Below are positions 46,201 through 59,944 of a stretch of 64,000 nucleotides of DNA, piece by piece. This DNA is from Hypanus sabinus. Lineage: Eukaryota. The first letter of the stretch is position 1, and each line of letters begins with the position of its first letter. The notes beneath the pieces are model-generated. The model saw only the letters and a list, made by a program, of their open reading frames with translations. It was not told where the DNA came from and made no database searches. The translations under genes and the position numbers were made by a program. The stretch lies in the NCBI RefSeq assembly GCF_030144855.1, contig NC_082712.1, positions 130,200,001 through 130,264,000 on the forward strand. The letters run 5' to 3'.

Positions 46201-48295
46201 TGTATAGGGACTAAACATCTATGGTGAAAATGGAGCAGTCAGGTCTAGGGAACTGAAAGTTGATGAGGAAATTTGGGCGCATGAGAAGTGTATAAATATA
46301 AGATGAAGAGTCCTTGAAAGTGAGGCCATATGTTGTGTGAGCAGTTTCATGATAGGCAAGTGAAGTTGTCCTCTCTGGTTCAAGAGCCTATTGGTTGAGG
46401 AAGTAATAGCTGTTCCTGTACCTGGTGGTGTAAGTCCTGAGGCAGCAGCAAGAAGGGAGCATGACCTGGATGGTGATGGTCCTTTATGGTGGATGCTGTG
46501 CTTTCCTGCAATAGCACTCCTGTAGATGTGCTCAGTGGTGGGGAGGGCTTTACCTGTGATCGACTGGGATATATCCTGTACTTTTCGGTAAGCTTTTCCA
46601 TACAAGGGCATTGGTGTTTCCATGCCAGGCCATCCTACAACCAGTCAATATACTCTCCACAACATCTATAGAAGTTCGTCAAAGTTTTAGGTGACACGCT
46701 GATCTTCATAAACTTCTTAGAAAGTAAAGGCCCCTTCCATCATGGTTTTCAGAATAATGCTGTTGGATATATTATGTCTGTGTGGATCAGCAGACAAGGG
46801 ATCATTAAGCATTTCATAAGTAAGACAACACTGTAGTGCTGCTTGGGTGATGCATTTGTATGTGAGCATAAGATGGTCTTTGCAACAAATTAATTAATTT
46901 ACAAAAATGTTGAGTGTGCGTCACACTTAGTGCAAGTGTCAATTTTTTATTTTCTTTTATGAAAAGTATTTTCATTCTGATGTATATTCTAGGTTGACTG
47001 AGGATGGAAATTCACAAATTTTCTTCTTGAACAACAATTAATTTTTAATTTACTTTGGTTATATTTATTTGACCATGGCTTCTCTAAAAGGATTGAGCTA
47101 GATTAAAAACTTTTATACACCCCTCCCCAGGTACACACTGATATAATTACAATGAATTTACAGCACAGGAAAAAGCCTTTTGGTCCACAGTTTTTCAGTA
47201 CTTCCATTTTAAACAAACTTCCTTCAACCCTATTTCATCCAGTTATCATTATCACCCTTATTTACAAATCTAACTTCCTTCAGTGCACTCTGCGTCTTAA
47301 GATATTGAAACACACTTGGGTTTCACCTGATTATGTCATAAACTAAATTAGAAGATAAAGTCTAATAAGCACATCTTCAAAAGACAGTGCCTCAAGAAGG
47401 TGGTATTCATCATTGAAGACCCTCATCATAAGGGAGATGTCCTCTTTGTGTTATTACTGGAAGGGAGGAGGTCAGGAGGCTAAAGATCTACACTCAAGGC
47501 TTTAGGAACAGCTTTCTCCCCTCTGCCATTGGATTTCTGAATAACCATCTTGTTATTAGTCTTCCACAGTATTTATGTATTTTTGTAACTTAAAACTAAT
47601 TTTTATTTCTTTTACTGTACTGCTGTAAAACAATAAATTTAATGACGTCAGTGATAATGAATCATCTGAAATTTATAATTGTATCTTAAATGGATCTTAC
47701 ACAATTATTTTGGATATTTAAAAAATTATCTTAATCTGGTATACCTTATTCAATCTTAGCCAGAGCCCTAAATGTGGTGGTGGTAATTTATTTAATTTAT
47801 TTTTACATTTTTGGTGTTTGTTGTACAACCATAGATTTTCGTCAATCTTTGTGGTTTGTGCAGGAAGCAGTGTTATTTAATACTGAACATTCTCAGTTGT
47901 ATTTTTATGTTTGTGGTATTTGGGATTTCCAAGTGTCTCCACAGATGCTGTGTGATTTGCTGAATAGATGCAATATTTTCTGTTTTTATTCAAATTCTTA
48001 GCTTCTACCATATTTTGCTCTTACGTAACTGTACTCTGAGGTTGACTTCTAATGGTATTAATCTGGAGTTACAGATCTTTCTTGTAGCTGGATATTCCTC
48101 ATCAGATTCAGAATTTGGAATCCGATTTACTATCACCAGCATATGTTGTGAAATTTGTTAACTTTGCAGCAACAGTACAATGCGATACATGATATTAAAT
48201 AGTTAAATTATTCAAGTAAAGCAAAAAATAGGAAATTTAAAAAGTCATAAGGCAGTGTTCATGGGTTCACTGTCCATTCAGAAATCAAATGGCAT

Positions 48296-48712
48296 GTTAT
48301 CTGTTGTAACGTGGTTATTTGAGTTACCGTCAGCTTGAACCAGTCTATCTATTTTCCTCTGAGCTCTCATGAACAAGGCATTTTTGCCCACAGATCTACC
48401 CCTCACTGGATGTTTTTTTAAAAATTGTTTTTCACATTGTTATCTGTAAACTGTAGAGATTGTCGTGTGTGAAATGTCTGTGAGATCGGCAGTTTCTGAG
48501 ATACTCAAACCACCCCATCTGGCACCAACAATCATTCCACAGTCAAAGTATCTTAGATCACATTTCTTCCCCATTCTCTTGTTTGGTCTGTACAATAACT
48601 GAAGTCTTGACCGTGTCTGCATGCTTAGATCAGCCAATCTGCTGTCACATGAATGGCTGATTAGATATTTGCTTAAGGAGCAGGGTGTACCTAATAAAGT
48701 GACCACTGAGTG
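48296..48712 (-). mobile_element. Tc1 remnant (second family)
   Basis: ORF 48440..48706 (MGKKCDLRYFDCGMIVGAR); TIR cctaataaagtgaccactgagtg-TA. Confidence 0.85.
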
Positions 48713-51639
48713 TACGTTGAGATGTTTACATCACAGTCTATGAAGGGCTTGTTAAAAAATTCCATCAGTACAATTAGTGATGCCACTCTGCCAATAGCTG
48801 GGCTACAAGTCTATCAGCAGATGAAGTGGTAGTATGTCTATGTTATTGGTGCTGGGATTAATTTGGACTAAAATCTCACACATTATAGCATAACATCTGA
48901 TTTAAAAAAAATATAATTAATCGATAACATCTCCTAGATGTAACATTGTATCTTTTGAAATATAAGGTAAATGGTGCAAGCTGGTGTTCTTGGATATGAA
49001 AGTAAAAAGTTATTTTTAAGTTTTGATTACCTTTATATCATCTCTTTGGTATTGCTCACCTAAGTAACACGTGCTTCTAGCTATCCAAATAACCTAAGTA
49101 AAACTCTGCAGATGTTGAAATTTTGAAATAAAGCAGAAAATCTTGTTATGTCAAAGTTTGTCATGGCACGTGATCAGTAAACATAGATATATGAGCAGGT
49201 AGATATAAATGCATTATTTCCCTTTTGATGTAAATATAATTATATTACATACAGAGTGTTGTAAACTTGGCCAGCTCCACCAGCATAAAGGACATCTTTA
49301 ACAGGTGATGCCTCAAAAAGGAGGCATCCATCATTAAAGGAACCCCATCACTCAGAACTTGCCCTCTTCTTGCTACCACCAAGGAGGAGATTGAAGACAT
49401 ACTCAACATTTCAGGAACAGCTTCTTCTTCTCCACCACCAGATTTCTGAATGGATGATGAACCCATGAACAGTATTTCAGTTCTTTTTTCTTTTGCCCTT
49501 TTTTGATTAATCTATTTAGATATACTTATTGTAATTTACAGTTTTTATTATTATGTATTGCTGCCATCAAACAACAAATTTCAGAACATATGCCAGTGAT
49601 TTAAACTTGATTCTGATTCCCATAAGATGGTCCAAGGCGCTATAAAAATGGCTGTAGTCTTTAATGCTTTAATTACTTGTGCAGCAAAACTTGCTTCAGA
49701 GAACAAGCTTTCTCTGCTAGTAAAACCAAGTGTGTTGTTCTGTGATCTATAAGTGCAAGCGCAGCATTGTCTTTGAACATAAATCCTCCTTTCTCTGTTC
49801 CTTGGACAAGACATGAGGCTTCTCATTGTTTCAAAAAGTGGCTGGACCATCAGGTCTTAACATCTGCATGTGCCAACTTCAGTCTTTGACTTTCAGTATC
49901 GACCCCAGGACTCACCAGTCACAGGAATTTGAACTCTGGGCTTCAACCTTTGAACTCACATGGGTCGCCAATCCTGGGACTTGCTGACCTGGGGGTTGGG
50001 GGGGACACACTTGTTGACCTGGGGGTGTCACCAGTCCTCTCCATGGGGCCTGTCAAGCTTGGTCATTGACCAGGGAATCGCTGTCCACAGTGCCTCCATC
50101 TATGAGAATCTTCTACCATAGAGAGCTTTGATTTGGACTCTGGCTCCTGCATCGCACTCTTTATTTACTGCTCCCTCCTCTAACACCACCTGTCTCTGTC
50201 TGCTGCCCCTAAAACCATCCTTATGAACAGAAAAAATGACCAGGTTGAGCCACTAACTCGATGGACATTGCAGCTTGGTGCCATCTTGATCACATGTTCA
50301 TTGTCATCTCAATATCAGCAAAACAAGAGCTGGTCATTGATTTCATGAAGGGGTGGTGCTCACGCTCCTGTTTACGTCAGTGATGCTGAGGCTGAGAGGG
50401 TTGAGAGCTTCAAATTCCTAAAAGAGAAAATCCCCAATGGCCTATCCCCACAGTCAAGGAAGCTCACCAAAGCTTCTACTTTCTCAGGAGGCTAAAACAT
50501 TTAGCATATTCCATCGACCTGTGCCAATTTCTATTAATGCACCATATAAAGCATCATTGTCTTGGTGTGGCACCTGCTCTGCTGTTGACCACAAGAAACT
50601 GTAGAGAGTTTTGGCACAGGTTAGTACATCACAGAAACTAGCCTCCCCTCCATTGACTCTGTCTACACTTCACACTGCTTCAGTAAAGCATAACCAGACC
50701 CTACCCAGCCCGGATATTCTCCTTCCCATCTCATTGGGGAAGAAGCTTGAAAGCTGAGACCACCAAGCCTGTACCCCACAATTATAAGACTATTGATTGG
50801 TTCCCTAGTGTGATGGATGGAATCTTGACCACACAATCTATCATATTGCACCTTACTGTTTGCCTGTACTTCACCTTCTCTAGCTGTTGTACTTTATTCT
50901 GCATTTTGTTATTGGTTTATCTTGTAATACCTCAATGTACCAGGTCATGAGTTGAACTGTATGAACAGCATGCAAGGCAAGCTTATTACTGTACCTTGGT
51001 ACAATAGTAATAATAAACCAATTACAGAGGGTCAACTCTGATAATGGCAGTATTGAGGCATATTGGGAAGTAGAATTAGCCTGTAGAGAACTAAGAAGCA
51101 GAATGTGGTTGGAAACATGGTGGCAGTTGTCTATGGGGCCCCTAAGTAGGACACAGTGTATGTGAACTAGGCATTTAGAGATACATTGGGGTACCATAAT
51201 AGACATGGGGAATGTTGATAATGGAAATACCAAATTAGTGTGGAGGATGAATTTGCAGACTTGTTTTATAGGTTATAATTTTCTAGGCATGCTGAAGAAA
51301 CTGAAAAAAACTAGCTCTTTTAGATGTAGTAGTGTCCAATGAGAAAATATTAATTAAAAAGCCTGTTGTTAAGGGACCATATTTAAAAGTCATTTAGTTC
51401 AGTTTGAAACTGTTAACCAAAGCAGATTATGAAGGTATAAGATGCAAGTTTTGTAGATAGGAATACCAATATGACAGTAAATGAACAAGGGTTAACATTT
51501 AAAGAATACATAGATGATAAGAAATCACTTTTTAAGCCACAGGAAAAAAATATGGAAAGTGATCTAGACATAATAAAAGAAGCTAAAGATATCCCAACCC
51601 CATTTCACATTGTGTAGTTGGTCATTAACTCAAGCACTC

Positions 51640-53500
51640 ATCTGAGGATCTGAATGACTTCACCACGGTTGTAACAGACTTCATTAAAACAGCTGTAGAT
51701 GAGTGTGTCCCCACAAAATCATCCAGGGTTTACCCCAATCAGAAGCCCTGGATGAACCATGAAATCTGGAATTTGCTGAGAGCCAGATCAGAGGCATTCA
51801 GGTGTGGAGATCGAGAATGCCACAAGAGATTTAGGTATGATCTCCAGAAAGCTATCTCACGGGCTAAGTGGAAATTCTGGGCAAAACTGGGATCATCAAG
51901 GGATGCTCAACAGATATGGCTGGGTTTGAATGCCATAACCTCCTGCAAAGTTAAATCTGGCGATATGGGGGACAGCAGAGCTTCGCTTCCAGTTGAGCTC
52001 AATGCCGTCTATGCTCGCTTTGACCACCAGTACAGGGAAGAACCATTGCATATCCCCACGTTTCCTGATGATGCTTTGGTCTCGGTATTTGAAGATGAGG
52101 TGTGTGCTGTTCTCAAAGTGAATCCAAGGAAAGCTTCTGGTCTGAATGGCTGAGTATTGTAGACCTGTGCTGACATGTGGCTGGTGTATTCATGGATATC
52201 TTCAGCTCTCACTCCAGCAGTGTGTGGTACCCACCTGCCTCAAAAAGGATTCAGTCATACCGGTGCCCAAGAAAAACATGGTAACCTGACTTGATGACTA
52301 TCACCCAATGGCACTTACACCCACAATGATGAACAATTTTAAGAGTCTGGTGTTGAAACAATCAGTTCCTGTTTGAGTGGTGACTTAGATCTGCTCCAAT
52401 TTGCCTACTGGAGCATCAGGTCCACACAGATGCCATCTCATTGGCTCTTTACCAATTACAGCTCAGCATTTAATACCATTATCTTGTCAAATCTAATCAG
52501 TGCACTCCAAGACCTGGGCCTCAATACCTTCTTGTGCAATTGGATCCTGGATTTCCTCACTTGCAGACCCCAGTCAGTTGAGATTGTCAAAAACATCTCT
52601 ACAGTCTCCATTAGCACAGGTGAACCACAGGGCTGGACACATAACCCTCTGCTCTACTTGCTTTACACATATGACTGTGTGGCTAAGTACAGCTCCAACA
52701 CCATATTCAAGTTTGCTGATGTGGGCTGTATCAAAGAGGGTGATGAATCAGCATACGAGGGAGGGAGAAAATTTGGCCGTGTGGTGTCTTTACAACGACC
52801 TCTCACTCAGTGTTAGCAAGACCAAGGAACTGACTGTAACTTAAGGAGAGGGAAACAAACGTCCTTGAGTTGGTACTTATCGCAGGATCAGAGGTGGAGA
52901 GGGTCAGTAACTTTAAATAACTCGGTGTCACTATCTCAGAGGACCCATCCTATAAGTTTTAAAGAAAGCATGACAGTGACTCTACCTCTGCAAGAGTTTG
53001 CAGAGATTTGGCATGTCATTGAAAACCTTGACTAAACTTCTATAGATGTGTGTTGGAAAGTGTGTTGACTGGCTGCATTACAGCCGGCTATGGGAAAACT
53101 AATGCTTTTGAGCAGAAAATCCTGCAAGGGGTAATGGATTTGGCCCAGTACATCACGAATAAAGCCCTTCCAACCATCGAACACATCCACATGAAACACT
53201 GTTGTAGAAAAGCAGCATTGAACAAAAAAGGGTAACTAGACTCATCTATTGAGATGTTCCCACAACCAGTGATCTCACTTTAAGGACTCCTTATCTTGTT
53301 ATTTCATGCTCCTGGTATTTATTGTTATTTATTTATATTTGCATTTGCACAGTTGCCTTCTGCGGCCTTGCTCTCATTGATCCTGTTTACAGTTACTATT
53401 GTATAGATTTGCTGAGTATGCTCACAGCTAAAAGAAACTCGGGGTTATATGTGGTGATGTGTATGTACTCTGATAATAAATTTCACTTTGAACTTTGAAC
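51640..53500 (+). mobile_element. Rex/Babar-like RT remnant in the CPSF7 intron
   Basis: ORFs 51752..52153, 52373..52816 (NWILDFLT.RPQSV, FKFAD) and 53050..53235; tail aataaatttcactttgaactttgaa. Confidence 0.87.
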
Positions 53501-54929
53501 TCTGAAATTCATGGCTCTAAGCAAAAACTCACATTCAGACAGGTTTTAAATACCCTTCTACCATTCTTTCAATGAGTTACAAATCACACTGATCCAAAGT
53601 TCAAAGTATATTTATTATCAAAGTTTGAATACTACATAGAACCTTGAGATTTGTACCCTTACAGGCAGCCACAAAACAAGGAAACCTATTTTTTAAAAGA
53701 AAGCCTGTCAAACACCCAATGTGCAGAAAAAAACCCAAGTCGTGCAAATAACATTCAGAATTGAAGTTTGCGAGCCCGCTGCTTGCAGGTCAGAGCTCCA
53801 GTTCAGTGCAGAGTCGAGTAATCCTTGTGAGCAGAGAGCTGAACACTGGCCCATTCCTTTCCCTGACACCCTGACAGTTTCAATCTGATCTGGCACTTAA
53901 ATTGACCAAACAGCGAGTCGTTCCTCATTCTTGGGCCCAGAACCCATCAGCTCAATTTGACCTGTACCTGACCTTCCCAATCTGGACCAACATTTAAATC
54001 AGTAAGACACTGGCTTGTTCTTCACTCTCAGGCCTGGGCCCTGCCACATCAACTCTTGCTTGCCTCAGTTTTGTCGTTCCGAATCGGCTCCAAGCCCCTT
54101 CCAGCGATGTGCAAACATTGGCCAGGGACCTGTTCCTTGATTCGGCCTGTACACGCCACACCACAACCATCCTGCACATTCAAGACTTCAATTCACAGTG
54201 CTAAAATGCCAGGTCAATCAGGTGGTTCAAAAGCTCGACTCTGAAAGTTGCAGGCTATTGATTGCAGAGATTATTTTCCGGAAAAAGTGTGATTAATAAA
54301 GTAATTAGTAATTTTGTTGGCTGCCAGCAAGTCATTGCTGTGCTTCACCAGTGTCAGCTTAAACCTCATCCTCTGACTGAAAATAAATGTCCTTATCTCC
54401 TTGTTAACACTTTGCTCAAATCTCTGCCAATCTGTCAATCATAATTTCTCTCCTCTGGTGTTTGCCTGTATCTTGTCTTATTGCTTGTATTACTGGTCTC
54501 ACTACAATTTCCACCTTGCATCTTCTCATATTCTCTAGAAAATCTATCTTGCATGCTTGACCTAACCAACTAACTGCCCCCTCACATGGTCTGCATCCCA
54601 CCCCTTCCAAATGCCCCAAGCTAATTCTCCAAACCCATCAGTTCTTAGCATAAAAAATGTTTTGGCTTAATGGTCAACTTTTCAGATTCTTTTCCCTCTT
54701 GATCTTCCACCAACATTTCCTTTCGTGTTTCCATCACTAACCATCCTTTTAGCATTAACCTTGCCACCCTCATCTCACTTATCCCCTCCCTGCTTCCTTT
54801 TGCTCTCAAGGCTATGCCATGCACTCAGCACCTCCCAGTCTCCTGTTTCTTCTTGGGCTCCCTCCCTTCCTCTACCTCTCTGCGTAAATCACATCACCTG
54901 CATTTTCACTAAATCATTAATTTAATGAA

Positions 54930-55990
54930 GGAACAACAGAGAACCCATGCTGATCCTTTGCAGCACACCAGTGGTCACAGGCCTCCAGTCTGAACAACAT
55001 TGCTCCATTGGACCATCCTCTGCTTCTTTCCAACCAAACCAATTTTTTATCCAATTTGCTACCTCATTCTGGATCCCATCTTTCTAGCCTTCAGGGTTCG
55101 CCTAGTATTAAAGACCATTGTCAAAGGCCTTGTTAAAGATCAATATAGGCAATGTCTACTGCTTTGCACTTGTTAATCCACTTAGTCACCTTTTTAAATA
55201 AATCAATCAGATTGTGAAACATGATGTTCTATGCACAAAGTCAGGCTATTGCAAATCAATCCCTGTCTTTCTGAAGGGAAATTAATCCTGTTTCTCAGAC
55301 CCTTTCTGATACCTTTCCCACCACTGATACAAGATTTAATGGTTTGTAATTCATTGATACTTTTCCGCTGCATTTCTTAAAGGCCCAGCAAAAGCTCTCC
55401 TCCAGTTTTCCGGTGCCTTGTGTTGCTACCGAAGGTGCAAAAATCTCTGCCAAGTTTCCCTCTCTTGTTTCTCATAATATCTTAGAATATAAATGGCTAG
55501 GCCCCAGAGATTTCTCCATCTTAATGTATTTCAATACCTCCTCTTTCTTCCTCTTAACTCAAGTTCCTGCATCCTTCTCCATGGTAAATACAGAAGGGGA
55601 GTGTTTATTTAAGACTTTGCCTATTTCATAGATGGCCATACTGATAAAGGAGATGTATTGTCTCCCTAGACTCCCTTTTATTCTGAACATACTTGTAGAA
55701 TATCTTATTAGATTCTTCTTTTTCTTATTAGTCAGGGATAACTTAAGACTTTTATTTTGCCCTGTAAAATTTCTCCTGAAGTGTACTCGTGCATCTGTTA
55801 TACTCTTTAAGGCACCTGCTGCCTATATCTAACTTATGCCTCCTTTTTCCTGATCAGACCCAAGTCATTGTCAACTGGACATTAATCTTGTCTGTTACTC
55901 TAACAAGACTGTGCTGGCCCTGAACTCTTCTTATCTCACTTTTCAAAGTCTTGCACTTACCAGATACCAGGAAATAGCCTTACCCAACTA
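54930..55990 (-). mobile_element. Decayed CR1 fragment
   Basis: Nucleotide similarity to 6150-7170 (gatccttt..cacacca, gtcaaaggccttg, ggccccagagatttctcc). Confidence 0.6.
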
Positions 55991-56698
55991 ATCTCAGATT
56001 TCTAGAATTATGCAATTCAATATGTAAATAATCACAAGTTACATTCCATTCCACATAATAAATTTGAGAGCATTATCTTTTTTTAATATAATAAATCTCA
56101 TGTCCCTTATTTTTGTCTTTCCTTTCTTGCCTCTCAGCATGTGTCTCCTATTTCCTTCTAATTGGCTCATCCTACATTCCTTACTATATCCTTTACAAAC
56201 ATAATGACTAATTTCACTGACTTTCATTTCTGCATGCATCCCAGCTACAGAATATAAAATTCTCGTATTTCAGTAACTTTGGAAGTCAAAATGAATAGAA
56301 GGTTTCCCAATTTCTGCAAGTTGACTTGCTCTTGTATTTTTAATTCCAGTATGTATTTTATATTGGAAAAAGTTGGAAATTTTTGTTATGCACTTCCTTC
56401 TCCAAATAGTTAATATCCCTTGCTGGTTTAATGTGAGTAGGTGCGCATCAAACAATATGCATTTGAATCAGTGAAGAGAACTCCATTTAGATGTACTGTT
56501 CTTTGTTACTCATCTTTAATATGGTTTATCCTTTCAAAGAAAGACATACCTGGGAGGAGAGTATAATATAAGACACCAATACTTCCAGTGCGCTAAGGAA
56601 TGTATGTCTCCTACTTTATGTGATTGGATAATGTATTATTAATATTGTTTATTCCACTTAATAGCACCCCTGAATAAAATGTGTGGTTTTTCTTTCAG

Positions 56699-56908
56699 GA
56701 GACTGATTATGTTGCAAATGATCAAGTTGACCTTTATGACGATGTAATAGCAGCGGCCGATAGTAATAACCATGAAGATCAAAGTTATGAAGAGATATTA
56801 CCCCGGACACCTGGCGAGCCAAAGAAGACAGAAAACACTACTAGGCCAACTATAGTTTACACATATGGAGGCAAACGGCAAGCTGTCTATGTGGGAAACC
56901 TCACGTGG
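56699..56908 (+). CDS. CPSF7: CPSF7 second coding exon (210 nt; ETDYVANDQVDLYDDV...YTYGGKRQAVYVGNLTW, start of the RRM); the gene continues beyond the window
   Basis: tttttctttcag| acceptor, TGG|GTGAGT donor; DQ(I/V)DLYDDV and RNP2-like VYVGNL motifs of CFIm large subunits. Confidence 0.93.
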
Positions 56909-57264
56909 GTGAGTGAATCCGAACCTGGTGTTATTTTGATGTACATTGTTATATATTTAAAGGATGACAGCTGCATTTGGGCAGACTGAAAGGTTTCTGA
57001 ATGGAGTAACTATTTTTCTGGTGTTATCCCTAATTTGCCTAGATCAGCTCAGTTTTTCTATGTTTTTCATGCTTTAGGCCACTGCTTGAACATTAATGAT
57101 CTCAGTTGTTCCTGCTGTTCAAGTGCACTTGATCCTATTTTGTCAAATGATTCCCTCTGATTTGTTATCTGTCATCCTGCCTGTTACCTCTGAAAGCAAA
57201 GAATCTAATTTATGCTAACAAGGGGAGTGAAATTGTTGGTGTGTGCTTACATTACACAGAATTA

Positions 57265-57535
57265 TTTTAATTTATTTAGAGAGACAGCACGGTAACAGGT
57301 CTTTCTGGCCCAACTAGCCCGCGCTACCTCCCCCCCCCCCCCCCCCCACGGTGCCCTGAGATAAAAATGACAAATTAACATACTAACCCATAAGTCTTTT
57401 GGAATGTGAGAGGAAATTGTAGTACCCAGAGGAAACCTATGTGGTCATGGAGAGAACGTACAAACCCATACAAACAACGATGAAATTGAACCCAGGTCAG
57501 CAGCGCTGTAAGAGCATTCATGCTAACTGCTACAC
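57265..57535 (-). mobile_element. tRNA-derived SINE (same family as 33960-34235)
   Basis: Minus strand gtgtagcagttagc...gggttcaatttc; shared body (cccagaggaaac, gtctttgga.tgtg). Confidence 0.7.
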
Positions 57536-58299
57536 CCCCCATTGTTTATTTGAAAAGTTAAATAAATTCTCCTTATCAGGAATTTATTTTCCAGCTCATA
57601 TAAGTAAACAAAAATAGCCAACAGGTCCATTGAGCTGCCCTTTGACAACATGGTGCAAAATAATATATTCACCCTTATTTTTATTTACATTTTACTCCTA
57701 CCTTCCAATCAATCACAATAAATCCCCATACTGCATCAGCTGGCAACTTCCTTCAAAGGTAATATTCCCAATATCTAATCTGGTTGTATAATTTTTTAAA
57801 ATGTCCTCTGGTGCTATCTAACTACTTGTTACATACAAATCCACATGGACTGTACCTAAACCCTTCATCGCTTCTCAAAATAATTTTTGATGCTTTCAAA
57901 GAATACAAAGAAAACCCTGGTCTCTAAGTTCATCATGGTAATTAAAGAGATTCCTCTCTCACTGGTTTACTTAAGTGGCAAATTAAAATTGTCTGTCAGG
58001 TGTCTTGGCTGTGGGTGAGGTCATATGAAATAAGCTACTACTGGAAAGCTATTTGGATCAATGATATGCATAGTAATGTAATTTACACTGCCCCTACACA
58101 CTTTCTACTTGAAAATGTGGTTACACCTTCCCTGAATTTTTCTTAAACTTTTCAAATTGAACTATGTTTTCTGAGGAAGGTTTAAGATCTGGGACATTGA
58201 TACTTGACTCTGTATCAGATCACAGTTTGATTGAGAACATTGAATTTTGAACGTCTGAGATGTTGTGCCACATTAACTTTGCTAATGACACCTCATTAA

Positions 58300-59640
58300 T
58301 CAAGAACTTTTGACCCCCCATATGGTCTATATCCTTCCATCCTCTATATATTCATGTGTTTACCTAAGAACAATTACTTCCATCATATGTGCTTCTGCTT
58401 CCACCTCCACCCCTTACAGCACATTCCATGTATCCATCGGTGTTCTTAAAAAAAACTTACCCCATCCTTATCTTTTGAATATTCTCCCTCTCACTTTAAA
58501 CACATGCTCTCCTGTATTAAACTTTTCAGCCCTAGGGTAAAAGATACTGCCTGTCCATCTATGCATCTCATTATTTTATAAATTTCTATCACGCCTCCCC
58601 TCAGACTTTGCTATTCCAGAGAAAACAGCTCTAGTTTTTCCAACATGTCTCTAATCTAGGCAGTACCCCGGTAAGAATCTTCTGCAAAGTGTTCACATCC
58701 TTCCCATAATGGGGCAACTAGAACTGAATGCAATACTCAAGATGTGTCCTGACGGGAGTTTTATAAAGCTGTAATTTAGTTTCCTGATTCTTGAACTGAT
58801 TTCCTCAACTATTAAAGGCAAGCATGCCATTTGCTGCCTTTACCACTCTGTCAACCTATGGAGCCATTTTTGGAGAACAATTGATCTGGATTCCAATATC
58901 CTTCTGTACATCAGTGCTGACAAGGATCCTGCCATTAACTGTGTACTCCCCTTTTACATTTGATTTCCTGAAGCATAACACCTCATACTTGTCTGCATTA
59001 AACTCTCTGCTATTTCTCTCTCCATAACTGTAATTGATCTATATCCTGTTATATTATTTGGCAGTCTCCTACACTATGCCACCATCTGCAAACTTATTAA
59101 CCCACCCATCCACATTTTCCTCCAGGTCATTTCTATATATCAAACTGCAGGGTCCCAGTGCAGATTCCTGTAGAACACCACTGGACATTGACCAGCACCC
59201 ATTGACCACTGCCGTTTGTCTTTTGTAGGCATGCCAATTCTGAATCAAAACTGTTGCATTTACATTAATTATCTGGATGAGCCCACTATGAGGGACCTTG
59301 ACAAATGCCTTAATAAAATCAATGTTTTCTTTGAATAAATTAACAATATTAGCTACTCACCAGTCTTCAATGACTTTTATGGCTAGAGAGGATGTAAAGA
59401 TCTTGGTCAAGATCCCAGCAATTTCATCTTCCCTGGGCTATATCCCACGAGGCCTTGGGGATTTATCCACCGTAGTGTTCTTCAGGGGTCCCAACAGCAC
59501 CACTTTTGGTTATCTTAAAATGCCTTGTCTTTTAGTTATCTGCAAATATCACACTGGTCTCTCTATTCCACTTGGTGAATACTGATGCAAAGTACCCATT
59601 TAGGATCTTGCCCAGATCCTATGCCTCTAAGCGCATGTCC
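58300..59640 (-). mobile_element. Decayed CR1 fragment
   Basis: Nucleotide similarity to 5560-6900 (agaactgaatgcaatactc, ggtcccagtgcagattcctg, tactgatgcaaagtac). Confidence 0.7.
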
Positions 59641-59944
59641 TATCAGAGTTTAGCCAATAGTTACCTGTAAAAAGAGAGATAATTTACTGCTGTAGAGTAT
59701 TGAATGTGTTCCAATAGCATCTTAGACTTTAGCTTCATCTAAGAAGGATAATTGAATTTCTCCGTTATCATTAACACCACTTTTACTGCCATTCTGTTGT
59801 AACCTCTGAGTAAGATTTGTAATTGGCAGACGTCAAAGAGATTGGTTATGATGAAGTGAGAAGCCCAAGCTAGCTAGGTTTGTTAACTTTGGTAGTCTTT
59901 CTCAAGGTTGCCCTTACCCGAATGTTGATTATATTCATGTGACA

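Noticed and set aside
42063-56908. Calling the gene CPSF6
   Set aside because: Exon 1 lacks the CPSF6 VG insertion, and the gene is head-to-head with SDHAF2 as CPSF7 is.
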